A DNA stretch of 64,000 bases from NCBI RefSeq assembly GCF_009914755.1, contig NC_060931.1; one strand, 5' to 3'. The notes beneath the pieces are model-generated. The model saw only the letters and a list, made by a program, of their open reading frames with translations. It was not told the origin of the DNA and made no database searches. Origin of the DNA: the human T2T-CHM13v2.0 reference genome, Homo sapiens. This document shows, piece by piece, positions 30,956 to 45,514 of this stretch (positions are counted from its first letter, which is position 1; each line of letters opens with the position of its first letter). The position numbers and the translations under genes are program-made.

Positions 30956-33463
30956 ATTGGTCTATGTTTTTATTTTGTGTTGTTGTGTCCTTTCTTGATT
31001 TGAGTATCAGGATCATACTGCTTTTATAAAATCAGTCAAGAAAGAATCTCTCCTTTATTTTTTTCAGTAAGTTTGGTACCAGTACTTTGTACATTTGGTA
31101 GAAGTTCAGTTGTGGATCCATCTGGTGATGGGCTTTTTTTTTTTTGGTAGATTTTTTCATTACTGATTCAGTTTTATTACTAGTTATTGGCATATTGAGA
31201 ATTTCTAATGTTTCCTGGTTCAATCATGGGGTTCCAGGAATTTTTTCCATTTCCTCTAGGTTTTCTAGTTTGTGCACATAGAGATGTTTATAATAGTCTC
31301 TAATCATTTTTTTTTCTGTGGTATCAGTTGTAATGTCACCTTTATAATTTCTGATTATACTTGAATCTTCTGTTTTTCTTCATTGAGCTCATTAGTGGCC
31401 TATCGATTTTTTTTTATCCTTTCAAAAAACCAACTTTTCATTTTGTTGATCTTTTGTACCATTTTTTCAGTCTCAATCTCATTTAGTTCTGCTCTAATGT
31501 TTGTTATTTCTTTTCTTTTGCTAGCTGTGGGTTTGGTATGTTATTGATTTCACAGTTTCTGGAGGTGCAAAGTTAGGGTATTAATTTAAGATACTTCTAT
31601 CTTTTTAAGGTAGGCATTTAACACAATAACCTTTTCCTCTTAGCACTACTTTTGCTGTATCCCAGATATTTGGTATATTAATATTATGTCTCCTCATTCA
31701 AGATTTTTTTGAATTCTGCTTTAGTTTCTTTCTTTACCCAAAATTCAATCAAGAGCAAGTTATTTTACATGAATTTGTGTAGTTTTAAGAGTTCATACTG
31801 GTATTGATTTCTAATTTTATTCCACTGTGGTATAAAAAGACATTTGATATAATTTCAGTTTTTTTAATTGATTGAGATTTGCTTAAGGGTCAACTTAATC
31901 TCATGTGGTTGACTCTGGAGAATGTCCCATGCACAGATGAAAAAAAATGTATATTCTGTAGTTGTTGGAAAGAATGTTCTATAAATGTCTATCATATCAA
32001 TTTGCTCTACAGTCCCCTTTAAGGTTATAATTTCTTTGATTTTCTGTCTTAATAATCTGCCTTCTGTCACCAGTGGGGTGTTAAGGTCCCCACTGCTATT
32101 GTGTTGCTATGTTTTCTTAGGTTAAGTAGTATTTATTTTATGAATCTGGGTTTTCTGGTGTTGGGTGCATATATATTTAGGATGGTGATATCTTTTTGTG
32201 CTATTGAACCATTTATCATTATATGATGCTTTTGTCTTTTTTTTTAACCATTGTTGGTTTAAAGTATGTTTTATCTGATATAATAATGGTTATTCCTGCT
32301 TGCATTTGTTTTCCATTTGTGTGATATGTTTTTTTCCACCACTTTCAGTCTGTGGGTTTCTTTCGTCATTAGGTAGTTTCTTGCTTGCAGCAAACGGTTG
32401 GGTCTTGTTTAGTCCAATTTGCCACTGTGTATCTTTTAAGTGGAGCAGATAGGCCATTTATTTTTAATGTTAATATTGATATGTGAGGTTGTGCTTCTGT
32501 CCTAGTGTTGTTAGCTAGTTGTCTTAGTGTTAGCTAACTGTGTAATTGCTCTATAGGATCTGTGAGCTTTGAACTTATGTAATGTCTTTTTTGTAATGGC
32601 AAGTGCTATACTTTCTTTTGCATGTTTAGAACTCCTTTGAGCATTTCTTGTAGGACCAGTCTAGTGGTGACAAATACCCTTAGCATTTGTTTGTCTGGGA
32701 CAGACTATTTCTCTTTCATTTATGATGCACAGTTTGGCAGGATACAAAAGTATCGACTGGCATTTTTTTTTTTCTTTAAAGAGGCCAAAAATAGGCTCCC
32801 AAGCTCTTCTGGCTTGTAAGGTTTCTGCTCAGAAATCCAGTGTTAATCTGATGAGATTTACATTATAGGTGATTTGATGTTTCTCTCTAGCTGCTTTTAA
32901 GATTTTTTTTCTTTCAGGTTGACTTTGAATAATCTGATGACTGTTTTCCTTGATGATATTTGTCTTATATATTATCTAGCAGCTGCTCCTCAAATTTATT
33001 GAATCTGGATGTCTACATCTCTAGCAAAATCAAGAAAATTTTTCTTCATTATTCACTCAAATGTGTTTTTCACATTTTTTTACTTTTCCTTCTCCCTTCA
33101 GAAATGCTTATAAGACATAGTTTTAGTGACTTTATATAATCCCAGATTTCTTGAAAGCTTTGTTCATATTTTTAAAATCCTCTTTTCTTTATTTTGTTCT
33201 GTGTTAATTTGAAAGACTAGTTTTCAAGTTCTGACACATTTGTTCTGCTTGGTCTAGTTTATTGTTAAAGCTTTCATGTGTAATTCCTTAAGTGAATTTT
33301 TCATTTCCAGAACTCTGTGCCATTTTTCCTTTTTTTTTTTTTTTAAGATATCTAACTCTTCCTTCATTTCCTGGATTGCCTTTCTGGTTTCTTTGTGTTG
33401 GTTTCCAATCTTCTCTTGAATCTCATTGAGTTTTCTTACAATCTAAAGTTTAAATTTTTTATT

Positions 33464-33817
<354 letters not shown>

Positions 33818-35950
33818 TCAGTTAGGGTCTATTACTAGAGAGCTATTCTGATCCTTTGGTGGTGTCATGACATTCAGATTTCTCATAGTCCCAGAATTCT
33901 TATGCTGATCCCTTCTGATCTGGAGAAGCTGACACTTCTTGCTTTTGGATTTGTTTTCATTTGGATTGGATTTTTTTTTTCTATTTTAAATTTTCTCCAT
34001 CCCTTGATGGTGAGACAATAAAGCATGTTGGATAGGATCTTCTGGCTTTGTTCCTTTAGCCCTGTGCACTTCTGTCAGCAGGTTTTATATTGGATTGTGC
34101 AGTTCAATCTATAGGCTAATAAATGGCAATTACAGGTAATAGCCAATTGCAGTAAAAGCAGATGGGTATGTACTTGATCTTTGTTTACCATCAAGTGCTC
34201 TCTGCTTCAGACAATGGGCTGGATAGAGGTGTCCATTGTGCCCCGAGTTTCCTGTTCAGTGCAGGCCCAGGTGGGGTCAGGCACAGCTGGCTAAAGCTGG
34301 AACACCTGGCTTGCCTATGATATCCCAATGATGACAAGGGCGCTAGCCCTAATAGGGGTGTCTGGAGAAGCTCCTAGTGAAATGCACTGAGGTCTCTGTG
34401 GAGGTGAGGGGTCTGTACAAGTTTTACATCCAAGATAGACAGAAATGAGATCTGTTTCCCTATCATACCCCTGGTCCCAGGGCTCATGACTCTCAGGTTA
34501 GATGCATACTATAGTCTACCTCCAGGCCACAGTGTAACTGAAAGCCGTGGAATACATCTGTCCCACAGCTCTACACAGGAGGGGTTTCAGGGCAGAATCT
34601 CTTCACTCAGTCCAATACAGACAGCTTTGTGGCTCATCTGATCTCCAATGCAGTAACACTGCTGCTTCATGTACAGAAGGGGAGTGACTTTACCTTTCAG
34701 AACATGTGGGTGGGCATTAGCTGAGGTGGTTGTGCCAGCAGTTTAGGTCAGCCTGACCTTAGGACCCGGGGAGAGTGGTCAGATGCCAGCAGTTTTGGAA
34801 TGGGCTAGGCAATTCCACAGCTCCCAAACATCTAGATGGCCCATTCAATGGCATGTATGAGTCCTCAAGGGACTGGACTGGGACTGGGCCAGTGAACTAG
34901 TTCTCAGGGCCCCAGAATTCAGGTGCTGGCTGTGATAGGGATGGGTGACTGGCCTCTAGGCCACAAGCAGAACTCTCAGGTGAGGGCAGGCAGAACTCTC
35001 GGGTGATGGGAGCTCTAGCGCGTTTCACTGGAAAAGGCAATGCCTCCTCAGCTGGAGCAATGGAGACTGGCAGCTGTGTAATACACAGCCTGCTTGCATT
35101 TTCCTCTCACAGAAGTGGTAGTAGATTTCGCTGTCCAGAACATGCAAAGGTGCCCAGCCTACTCACTCCCTCCCTGGTCCAGGGCAGCCGGGGCAGTGGT
35201 GGCAGTGGTGGCAATTGCTGTGGCAGCCAAGGACATATTGCTGCCCTCTGGGGACAGGACTCTCAGAGGAACACCAGGCTGCAGCTATAGTACTCACATG
35301 GGGACAGGGTGACTCCACTGAGGAACTGACACTGAAGCATGGACCCCATTTAGCAGTGGGTTGGGGAGGCGGGGAGTCGTGTGGTGTGTAGTCTGCCCAC
35401 TCCTCTGTGGATGGCTGTGGTAGTTGTCTTTGAGTCACATGAAAGTGCTTAATCTTCCCACTCTGAGAAGTGGCAGCTGGTGCTAGGTTGCTTGGGGAAC
35501 AAAAACCTGTGAGATGCCACATGACCTTGAGCAATGCCTGTGTACAGTCTTCAGGCAGCTCCCTGATTACTCTGCAGACCCAGGTTTGGGGGAGGAGGCT
35601 CTCCCCCGTCTAGAATTGTAAAGGTCCATGGCAGAAGTGTAGAACCCTGGGGTTCTCTCACTCATCCCTTCCCTGCATTAGGGGTCCTCTCTCAGCTGTG
35701 CACTGGTCCCAGCTCAGCAGGCTGCCTGGCTTCACTCTCCTCTGCTTTCTCTGATTCCAATTGCCTATCTGATGAATTCCAGCATGCTCTCTTAGAAGAT
35801 CTACTTGAATTGTTAACATTTACTTGCTATTTTGATTCCTCTCCATGACAGAGGTGTCCACTAGCTGCTTCTAGTCAACCATCTTGAACTGGAATGAACA
35901 CTGGTTGTTTTTTTTTATTTTTTTTAATAAGCTTTTTCAAAACATGAAAC

Positions 35951-38900
35951 TGATTTGTTTTGTTTTGTTCTCAAGGTCGTGGATTGGAGGCAATGTTAAC
36001 ATGCCCCTCCAACTTGGAAAGACAAACTGGTGTGTAGAGATTTACACTGTGAACTTTTTTTCCAAGCAACAATGCAGGAACTTAACAGGAACACTGAAAG
36101 AAACCACAGACCCTTTGAAAGAAGCAGCAGGCTGCAGCCTACACCATGAGCCATGCAGAAAACTGTAAGCCTCCAGAGTAAGAGCTGGGGATAAACTGCC
36201 TCTAGGATTCACACTCCCTTGTGGGAACCTGTCAATCCAGGCCAAGGGAGAAGTCTTTCACCATACCCAGTGCTGGAACTGATTCAGAGAGCACTGGGGA
36301 ATATCAAGGAAGAAGCAACAGTAGGGAGAGCCTTGTGTGCATTTTCAATCTCCAGCATGGACCGAGGGAAGTTATTCCTGATCCTGCCTCACAGGGGCCT
36401 TGAAGAAGTCTGCCAGCTAAATCAGGCAGTGGTCACAGGTTGAAAGAAGCTTCCAGCTGAAATTAGTGATATAATCTCAATTGAGGATGAACTCCCTTGG
36501 CCAGAATCAGGGGGTGAGTGAGAAGCCTACTGTAGCCACGAGCACAGAAATTGGGCACCCCAGGTTTGCAGGTGGACTGGGAGGGGAATGGTCTGAAAGC
36601 TGTGGTTGCTGTCTCCACCAGGAAGGTTTATGGCCTGGGTCAGATTTTAGTTCTGAGCACAGACTGCCTGAAACTTAGCTAGCTGCAGCTGGTGGAGCAG
36701 TGTGGGTGTGGGACCTGCCTTGCCAAATGCATGGAAGCTGGGTGGGGCTTACTGCTGCCTGCTTACTCCCCACTCCCTGTGCCAACACTTCTTCACAGCA
36801 GAGGCAGCTGCATTCTGCCCTGGAACATGACCCCAGTGTCCAGAGAACTGCCCCCTCACACCACAGGGGCCACAGTTTGCCCTGGAAGCAGAAAGCCAGA
36901 GTGCAGGCCTGCCTGACCCAGCCCCCACCTGGCTTTGTCCCTCCACCCACCCTGATAGCTTAACACAAAGGACAGAAACTTTTGGCAGCTCTACGGCCCC
37001 ACCTATAGCTTGAAAATCCAGAATACCTCTCCTGGGTAAAAGGCAAGCACACATCCCATTGCTACTACTGCAGCTGGTGCCCTTTGCAAATGCCACCTCT
37101 TGGCTGGAGGCCAACCAACACGGTCCATCACAGCATCTCTGGGTAGAATAACCTACACCCAGGAAGAAGAAAACTTGTATGTGACCTCAGCCATCACCAT
37201 TGCCTACAGGACCTGGCTAAATACGTGGTCCTGAGTTTGTCCATGTGACCAGTTCATTACTACTACAATCAGTATCTGAGAAAGCCAACACACTATGGCT
37301 ATTTATAACCAAAGGATCTCTAATGTAGATAGAGTCTACATCACTCTCCTGCCCGTTGTTGGGATACGTGAGGATAGGTCACATCACTGGATTTCTTGTA
37401 GACATTCCCCAGCACCAGCCTGGAGTGTGGCAGCACCACTGGGTGGCTAGACTCAGAGGAGCAGCAGCATTTACAGTAGTCTGGCTCTCAGGGCCTCCTA
37501 CTCCTAGGGGAAGGGGGAATGCAACACATCATGGGAACACCCCATGGGACAAAAGAATCCAGATGGCAGGACTTGAGTCCCAGAACTTTCCACAGGTGGA
37601 AAGTTTCATTCAGCAGAGACACAGGTGCAGTGCTAGGCTCAGCAAGGAAAGTCTGTAGTTCCACCCCAATAGTCAGGCAGCCCTGATGCTCATGAAAGGT
37701 CTTGGAGAAGGAGACTTCTTTCTCCCCTTGTCCACCACTGCAGATACAGCTGGGGCTTCCACCATGGGAGCTTGGCATGGGTTTACCTATAGACAGCCTT
37801 TCTGGAATACTTCAGGGTGTGGCTGCATCTCCACAGGAGAAGGGCCCTCCAGGTTCAGGCTTGCACAAGGAGTACAGTCACAATTCCTCTCTACTTGGAA
37901 AATCAACATTCCTGTAGATGAAAAGAGGTGCCTCTCTGATGAATAGCCAGAACATTGGGTCAGGAGTGTGTCTGGGTCAGGAGTGTGTCTAGGAAGTGGA
38001 TCACTTTCCTGCTAGCCTGGCAGGAGAGCTGAGGTGGCGCCTACTCTTTCCCTGACAAGACTTCAGTCTATTCCACTGAGAGCTCCTCCATGCACTTCTG
38101 TCAGGACAGAGGCATTTGCAATACCCATTGATGGACACCTGCTTTTGCCACACCAGTCTCTACCCAGGGACACCACTCCTACTGGCCTGAAGCCTAAACT
38201 ATTCAACCCAGTAAATAAATTATTGAGGGGAAAATAGATTTTTAAATAAGTGTACACCACAAGAGAATGAGATAAGCCTCAAGAAACTTCTGCCATTCCA
38301 ACCTCACAGGAGACAGTGAATTTGCTCATACACCAAACACATTGCTACTACAATGAGCATCTGAGAAAGCTACTACAAAAAGGCCCTCTATAGCCTAGGA
38401 ACCCATACAGGGTCTTGACCTCTGAAAGCACCAAGAGCAGAATTAGCTTTCAATCTGCTATAAAAATTAAATTCACATCTCCAAGGAAAAATAAAGAAAT
38501 TTTAAAAAACAATAAAATCAAAAATAAACTAAGAAATAATTAGAACATATAGTCTGCCCAAATAAGAAGCAACCAGAAAAATACTTCTGGTAATATGACA
38601 AAACAGGATTCCATAACATCTCCAAAAGATCATACTAGCTTTTGAGCAATGGATCCAAACCAAGATGAAACCTCTACAATACCAGATAAAGAATTCAAAA
38701 GGTTGAATATTAAGCTACTCAAGGAGATATCAAGAAAAATGGAAAACATAAAGAATATAGAAAAATGATTCAGAATATGAATGAAAAAATTTATAAAGAG
38801 ATAGATATTTTACAGAAAAACCAATCAAGCTTCTGGAAATGAAAGATACATTTAGGGAGTTACAAAATGTAGTGGAATGTTTTGACAACAGACTAGACCA

Positions 38901-41900
38901 AGTAGAAGAAAGAATTTCAGGGCTTGAAACAAGTCTTTCAAGTCAACTCAATCAGAAAAATAATAAAGAAAAAAGAATCAAAAGAAATGAGCAATGTCTC
39001 CAAGAAATATGAAATTATTTAAAATGGCCAGACCTAAAAATAACTGGTGTTCCAAATAATTGGTGAGGGAGAAGAGAAAGCAAAAACATTGGAAAACTTA
39101 TTTGATGGAATAATTGAGGAAAACTTCCCTGGCTTTGTTAGGCAAATTTAGATGTCCAAATACAAGAAGCTCAAACAACTCCTAGGAGAGTCATTGCAAA
39201 AAGGACATCACCGAAGCATATACTCATTGGGATTTCTAAAGTTAACATGAAGGAAAGAATTCTAAGAGCAGTGAAACAAAAGCATCAGGTAACCTCTGAA
39301 GGAAAATCTATTAGACTAACAGCAGACTTCTCAGCAGAAACCTTACAAATCAGAAGTATTAAGGTCTTATCTTTAGCTTCCTTAAATAGAATAACTGTCA
39401 GTTAAGAATTCTGTATTCAGCAAAACTAAATTTCAAAAATGAAAGAGAAACAGTTATTTTCAGACAAACAAATGCTGAGGAAATTTATCACTACTAGACC
39501 AGCCCTACAAGAAATGCTAAAAGTAGTTCTAAATGTTGAAACAAAAGTCCTATATGAAACATAATAGAACCTCTTAAAAGCATAAAACTCACAGGGCCCA
39601 TAAAACAATAACACAATGAAGAAAACAAAGTATCTAGATAACATTTTGCCTGAAATAATACCTCACATCTCACATTAATGTTGAATGTAAATGCCCTAAT
39701 ACTCCACTTAAAAGATACAGATTGGCAGAATAGATTAAAACCATCACAAACCAAATATGTGCTGTCTTCAAGAGATTCATCTAACATATAAAGATTCATA
39801 TAAACTCAAGATAAACAGCTGGAAAAAGATATTTGATGCAAATGGAAACCAAATGTAAGCAGGAGTAGCTGTTCTTATATCTGATCAAAAAGACATGGAA
39901 GAAACAACAGTTTAAAAAAAAGACAAGGTCATTATATAATGATAAAATGATCAATTCAACAAGGAGATATTATAATCCTAAATTTACATGCACCTAACTC
40001 TGGAGCTGCCAGATTTACAAAACAAATACTACTAGACCTAAAAAATGAGATGAATAGTAATGCAATAATAATGGGGAACTTCAACATTCCACTGACACTA
40101 GACAGATCTTCAAGACAGAAAGTCAACAAAGAAACAATAACTTACACTACACTCTAGAACAACTGGACCTAAGAGATGTTTACAGAAAATTCTACCCAAC
40201 AACTGCAGAATATACATTCTTTCACCAGTACATGGAGCAGTCTCCAAGATAGACCATATGATAGGCCACAAAACAAGTCTTAATGAAGTTTAAAAAAAAA
40301 TGAAATCATATCAAGTACCTTCTCAGACCACAGTGGAATAAAACTAGAAATCAACTCCAAAAGGAACCCTCAAACTAGACAAATACATGAAAATGAAACA
40401 ATCTGCTCCTAAATTATTTTTGGGTTAACAATGAAATCAAGATGGAATTTAAAAAGTTATTTGAAATGAATGATAATAGTGATGTAATTTATCAAAACCT
40501 CTGGGATACAGCAAAAATAGTGCTAAGAGAAAAGTCTGTAGTGCTAAATGCCTCCATCAAAAAGTATAAAAGATCACAAATTGACAATCTAATATCATAC
40601 CTCAGGCAACCAGAGAAACAAGAACAAACCAAACCCAAAGCTAGCACAAGTAAATACACAACAAAGATCAAAGCAGAACAAAATAAAATTGATACAGAAA
40701 AACAATACAAAACATCAATGAAACATAAAGTTGCTTCTTTGAAAACAAAAACAAATTGATAGACCATTAGCTAGATTAATCAAGAAGAGAGAGGTTTCAA
40801 ATAAGATTAAAAATGAAAATGAAGACATTACAACTGACACTACAAAAATACAAAAGATCATTTGAGACTACCATAAACACTTTTATGCACACAAACTAAA
40901 AAATCTAGAGGAAATGAATAAGCTCTTGGAAACGTACAATCCTCCTAAATTAAATCAAGAAGAAATACAAACCCTGAACACACCAATAACAACCAGCAAG
41001 ACTGAATCAGTAATTTTAAAAAATGCCAACAAAAATAAGACCAGGGCCAGATGGATCCACAGCTAAATTCCACCAGACAGTCAAAGAAAAATTGGGACCA
41101 ACCCTGCTGGAACTAGTCCAAAAGATTCAGAAGGATAGAATCCTCCCTAACTATCTATGAAGCCATTATCACCCTGATACCAACACTAGGAAAGTATATA
41201 ACAACAACAACAAAAAAGAAAACCACAGACCAATATCCCTGATAAATACAGATGCAAAAATCCTCAATAGAATACTAGCTAACTGAATCCAACAACACAT
41301 CAAAAAGATAATAAATCATGATCAAGTGGGTTTCATTACAGGGATGCAGGGATGGTTTAACACATGCAAGTCAAAAAATGTGATAAATCACATAAACAGA
41401 ATTAAAAATAAAAACCATATGATCATCTCAACAGATGCAGATAAGGCATTTGATAAAATCTAGCATCACTGTATGATAAAAATCCTCAACAAACTAGCCA
41501 TAGTAGGGGCATACCTCAAAATAATAAAAGCCATATATGATGGATCCACAGTCAATGTCATACTGAATGGTGAAAAGTTGAAAGCATTCCCCCGAGAACT
41601 AAAACAAGGCAAAGATGTCCACTTTCACTACTTCTATTCAACATAACACCTGAAGTCCTAGCTAGAGCAATCAGACAGGAGAAAGAAATAAAGTGCATCA
41701 AAATTGAAAAAGAGGAAGTTAAACTATCATTGTTCACTGATAATATGATTGTATAACTAGAAAGCTGTAAAGATTACTCCATAAGACTACTAGATTTGAT
41801 AAATTCAGTAAACTCTCAGGTTACAAAATCAATGTACACAAATCAGTAGCACTTCTATATACCAACAATGATCAATCTGAGAATCAAATCAAGAACCCAA

Positions 41901-43680
41901 TTCCTTTTACAATAGCTGAAAAAACTAAAATACTTTAGGATATACTTAAACAAGGAGGTGAAAGATCTCTACAAGGAGAGCTAAAAGAAACTGCTGAAAG
42001 AAATCACAGATGACACAAACAAATGGAAACATATCCCAGGCCCTTGGATTGGCAGAATCAATATCATGAAAATGACCGTACTGCCCAAAGCAATCTACAG
42101 ATTCAATGCAATTCCTATCAAAATACCAACATCATTTTTAACAGAACTCGAAAAAATATCCTAAAATTCTGTGGATTACAAAAATAACCTTAATAGCTAA
42201 AGCAATCCTAAGCAAAAAGAACAAACCTGGAGGTATCACATTACCCGACTTCAAATGATACTACAAAGTCATAACTACCAAAACAGCATGACACTGGTAT
42301 ACAAGTAGGTGCATCATAAACCAATGGAACTAAACAGAGGGCCCCAAGTAAAGCCAAATACTTACAACCAAAACTGAGGCTTGAGAAAGCATTCAAAAAT
42401 ATAAATTGGGGAAAGGACACCTTATTTAATAAATGTTGCTGTGAAAACTGGATAGCCATATGTAGAAGAATAAAACTGGATCCCTATCTCTCACCTTATA
42501 TAAAAATCAACTCAAGATGGACCAAAGACTTAAAGCTAAGACCTGAAACTATAAACATTGTATAAAATAGCCTAGAAAAAAGCTCTTTTGGACATTGGTC
42601 TAGGAAAATAATTTATGACTAAGACCCCAAGAGCAAATGCAACAAAAACAAAAATAAATAGGACCTAATTAAACGAAAAAGCTTCTGCACAGCAAAAGAA
42701 TTAATCATCAGAGTAAACAGACAACCACAGAATGGCAGAAAGTATTTGCAAACTATGCATCTGACAAAGAACTAATATTCAGAATCCACAAAGAGCTCAA
42801 ATAAATCAGCAGGAAAAAAAACAAATAATCCCATCAAAAAGTGGCCAAATGACATAAATAGACATTTCTCAAAAGAAGATATACAAATGGCCAACAAATA
42901 TATCAAAAAATGCTGAACATCACTAATCATCAAGAAAATTCAAATTAAAACCACAATGAGATACCATCTCACCCATGCAAGTGTGGTCATTATTATAAAG
43001 TCAAAAAAAGAATAGATGTTTGTGCAGGTATGGTGAAAGGGAATGCTCATACACTGCTGGTGGGAATGTAAATTAGTAAAACATCTAAGGAAAACAGTAT
43101 GGAGATTTCTCAAAAAACTAAAAGAAGATCTAGCATTGTATCCAGCAATCCCACTACTGGGTATCTCTCCAAAGGAAAATAAGATATTATATCAAAAAGA
43201 CATCTGCATATACATGTTTGTTAGAGCACAATTCACAATTGCAAAGATATGGAACCAATCTAAGTACCCATCAACCAATGAGTGGATAAAGAAAATATGG
43301 TATATATACACCATGGAATATTACTCAGCCATAAAAACAGAATGAAATAACATCTCAGGCAGCAACTTGGATGGAGCTGGAGGCCATTATTCTAAGAAGT
43401 AACTCAGAAATGGAAAACCAAATACCATATGCTTTCACTTATATGTGGGAGTTAAGCTGTGGGTATGCAAAGGCATACAGAGTGGTATAATGGACTTTGG
43501 AGACATAGAAGCGGGAAGATGAGAGGGAGGTAAGGGATAGAAAACTACATACTGGGTACGATACACACTACTCAGGTGATGAATGCAATAAAATCTTAGG
43601 TTTTACCACTATACAATTCATCCATGTAATCAAAAACCATGTACATCCCCAAAGCTATTGAAATAAAATATATTTTTTAA
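35951..43680 (+). mobile_element. Full-length L1PB (PB3/4-like) with perfect 12-bp TSD
   Basis: TSD aaaacatgaaac at 35939-35950 and 43681-43692. Long 5'UTR, ORF1 ~38570-39560, ORF2 fragments (40442-40759, 43043-43345), and 3'UTR aaggcatacagagtggtataatggactttgg...ctattgaaataaaa. Confidence 0.95.
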
Positions 43681-44470
43681 AAAACATGAAACCATGGGCA
43701 AAAATTAATAGAAATTATCAAAAAATTTGGGACAAGATTAGCAATGTTATTTCATGACTTCTGTAACTAGAAATGTCTCATATCTGATATTTCCACTCCT
43801 ATTTTCTTTGCCACCGATATGTCCTCCTCACCACGCAGAGAAACATTTTCATTAAATAATTTACCCTGTTCAAGAATATAAAATATTTACTCTGAACTTC
43901 TCTATTTGGATCTTGTGAAAATCAATAGTTTTGTTCTATTCTGAACAAAAGGTAGATTATTTAACCTATCTTGCTAAGAAAGTCATGATAGATTTCAGTC
44001 AATTTATGAAAATTTACAAACAAAATATTTGTAGTATGTGTACTATATTTTAAAAGTGAGTTGTATCAATTTAATCCAAAACACACTGAGAATTTGTCAA
44101 TATGTACATATTTAAAACTACTTACATGTAGGCACCAGAACTTTTCGAAATAATTTCACTGATTTATCAAATGTCTTCATTAGCATCAATGAATACTTTA
44201 AATGCATTTTAACGTAGCTAAATTTTTTTTTGTATGATAAATCTGGTCCTTTTGAATACATTACCAAATGTTTTTCAATGTAAAAAGAATTTTCTCCAGA
44301 ATTCTAACCTTTTCAATTACTGGCATTTTGAGTCAATCAACAGTTATGTAGCCATAATTTTTATTTTTCAGGTGCTATGGAAATCTTGACTCTCAGATTA
44401 ATTTGACTAGAATAGCTGTCACTTTCTAAAAATGATAATGATTTTGAAAAATAACAATAATTTTATTGAA

Positions 44471-44706
44471 TTTTTTTTTTTAATGGCATCTGGCTCTGTA
44501 GCCCAGGCTGGAGTGCATTGGCACAGTCTCGGCTCGCCGCAAGCTCCGCCTCCCGGGTTCACACCATTCTCCTGCCTTGGCCTCCTGAGTAGCTAGGACC
44601 ACAGGCGCCCAGCACCACGCCCGGCTAATTTTTTTTATTATTATTATTTTTAGTAGAGACGGAGTTTCACCGTGTTAGCCAGGATGGTCTTGATCTCCTG
44701 ACCTCG
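44471..44706 (-). mobile_element. AluY-type SINE, 5'-truncated
   Basis: gcaagctccgcctcccgggttcacaccattc...gccaggatggtcttgatctcctgacctcg, then an abrupt end. Confidence 0.93.
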
Positions 44707-45442
44707 AAAATACAGTACAAATTTTTAAACATATACTTTTCTAAACATTGTTTTCCTAGTAAAACATTAAAATTTATAAATATAAGGTATAATCCTACTT
44801 AGCCAGGGTTTTATGGTGAGCAGGAACTGCGTTTGTAGATGCATTTCTTATCACGAGGCATTTCTTCCTGATAACTTATGATATTATGAATCTACATAAA
44901 AATGAATCTTTTATTTTTTGTTTCCCTTAAGTAGGAAAGATGAAAGAATCATTCTAATAACTTATAAAGGCAGAGTCTTTCACATCCAAATCAGTCTATG
45001 TACATATTTACTCACTAAAGAATTCAGACATGAAAGGAGAAAGAATCCTATATGCAGTCTTACAAATCTGCAAATTTCTTATGCCTTTATAAAGATTCTG
45101 ATGCAAATTTTTTCAGTTTAATTTTAATCACCACTTGTACATGCCTTCAAATTAAGTGACTGAATGTGTTATAGCAATAGATTTGAGGAATAAATCATCC
45201 TGAAAAAAAAAAAAGAAAGAAAAACTATGCATGGAGAAGAAAGAACATTAACATCTTTTTAAACAGAGGGCTTTAAAAAAATAAAAAATAAAAAAAAAAA
45301 AAATATATATACACTCTTATCTCTTTAAAGCTTCCGTAAGTTTTGGCAAACATCACACCAGTTTCATCCAACTCCTAAACCTGGGAGTTGATCCAAAATT
45401 CTGGTAGTCAGAGATTTGCTAAGTGTGCTGTTGTTCTATTAC

Positions 45443-45514
45443 CTGACATTTTTGGCTTATTTTGAAACATTTTTTCTCCATTCTTTAAATTTTCTTTTCC
45501 TATTGTTTTCAAAT
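45443..45514 (-). other. Candidate 72-nt phase 1-1 exon
   Basis: ctgccattactgttaag|AT TTG AAA ACA ... ATG TCA G|gtaata, open as xLKTIGKENLKNGEKMFQNKPKMSx. Weak acceptor. Confidence 0.2.

Noticed and set aside
35003-38260. Cluster of overlapping 60-123 aa ORFs suggesting a gene or CpG island
   Set aside because: Lies in GC-richer L1 5'UTRs where stop codons are rarer. CpG-depleted, with no recognisable protein.
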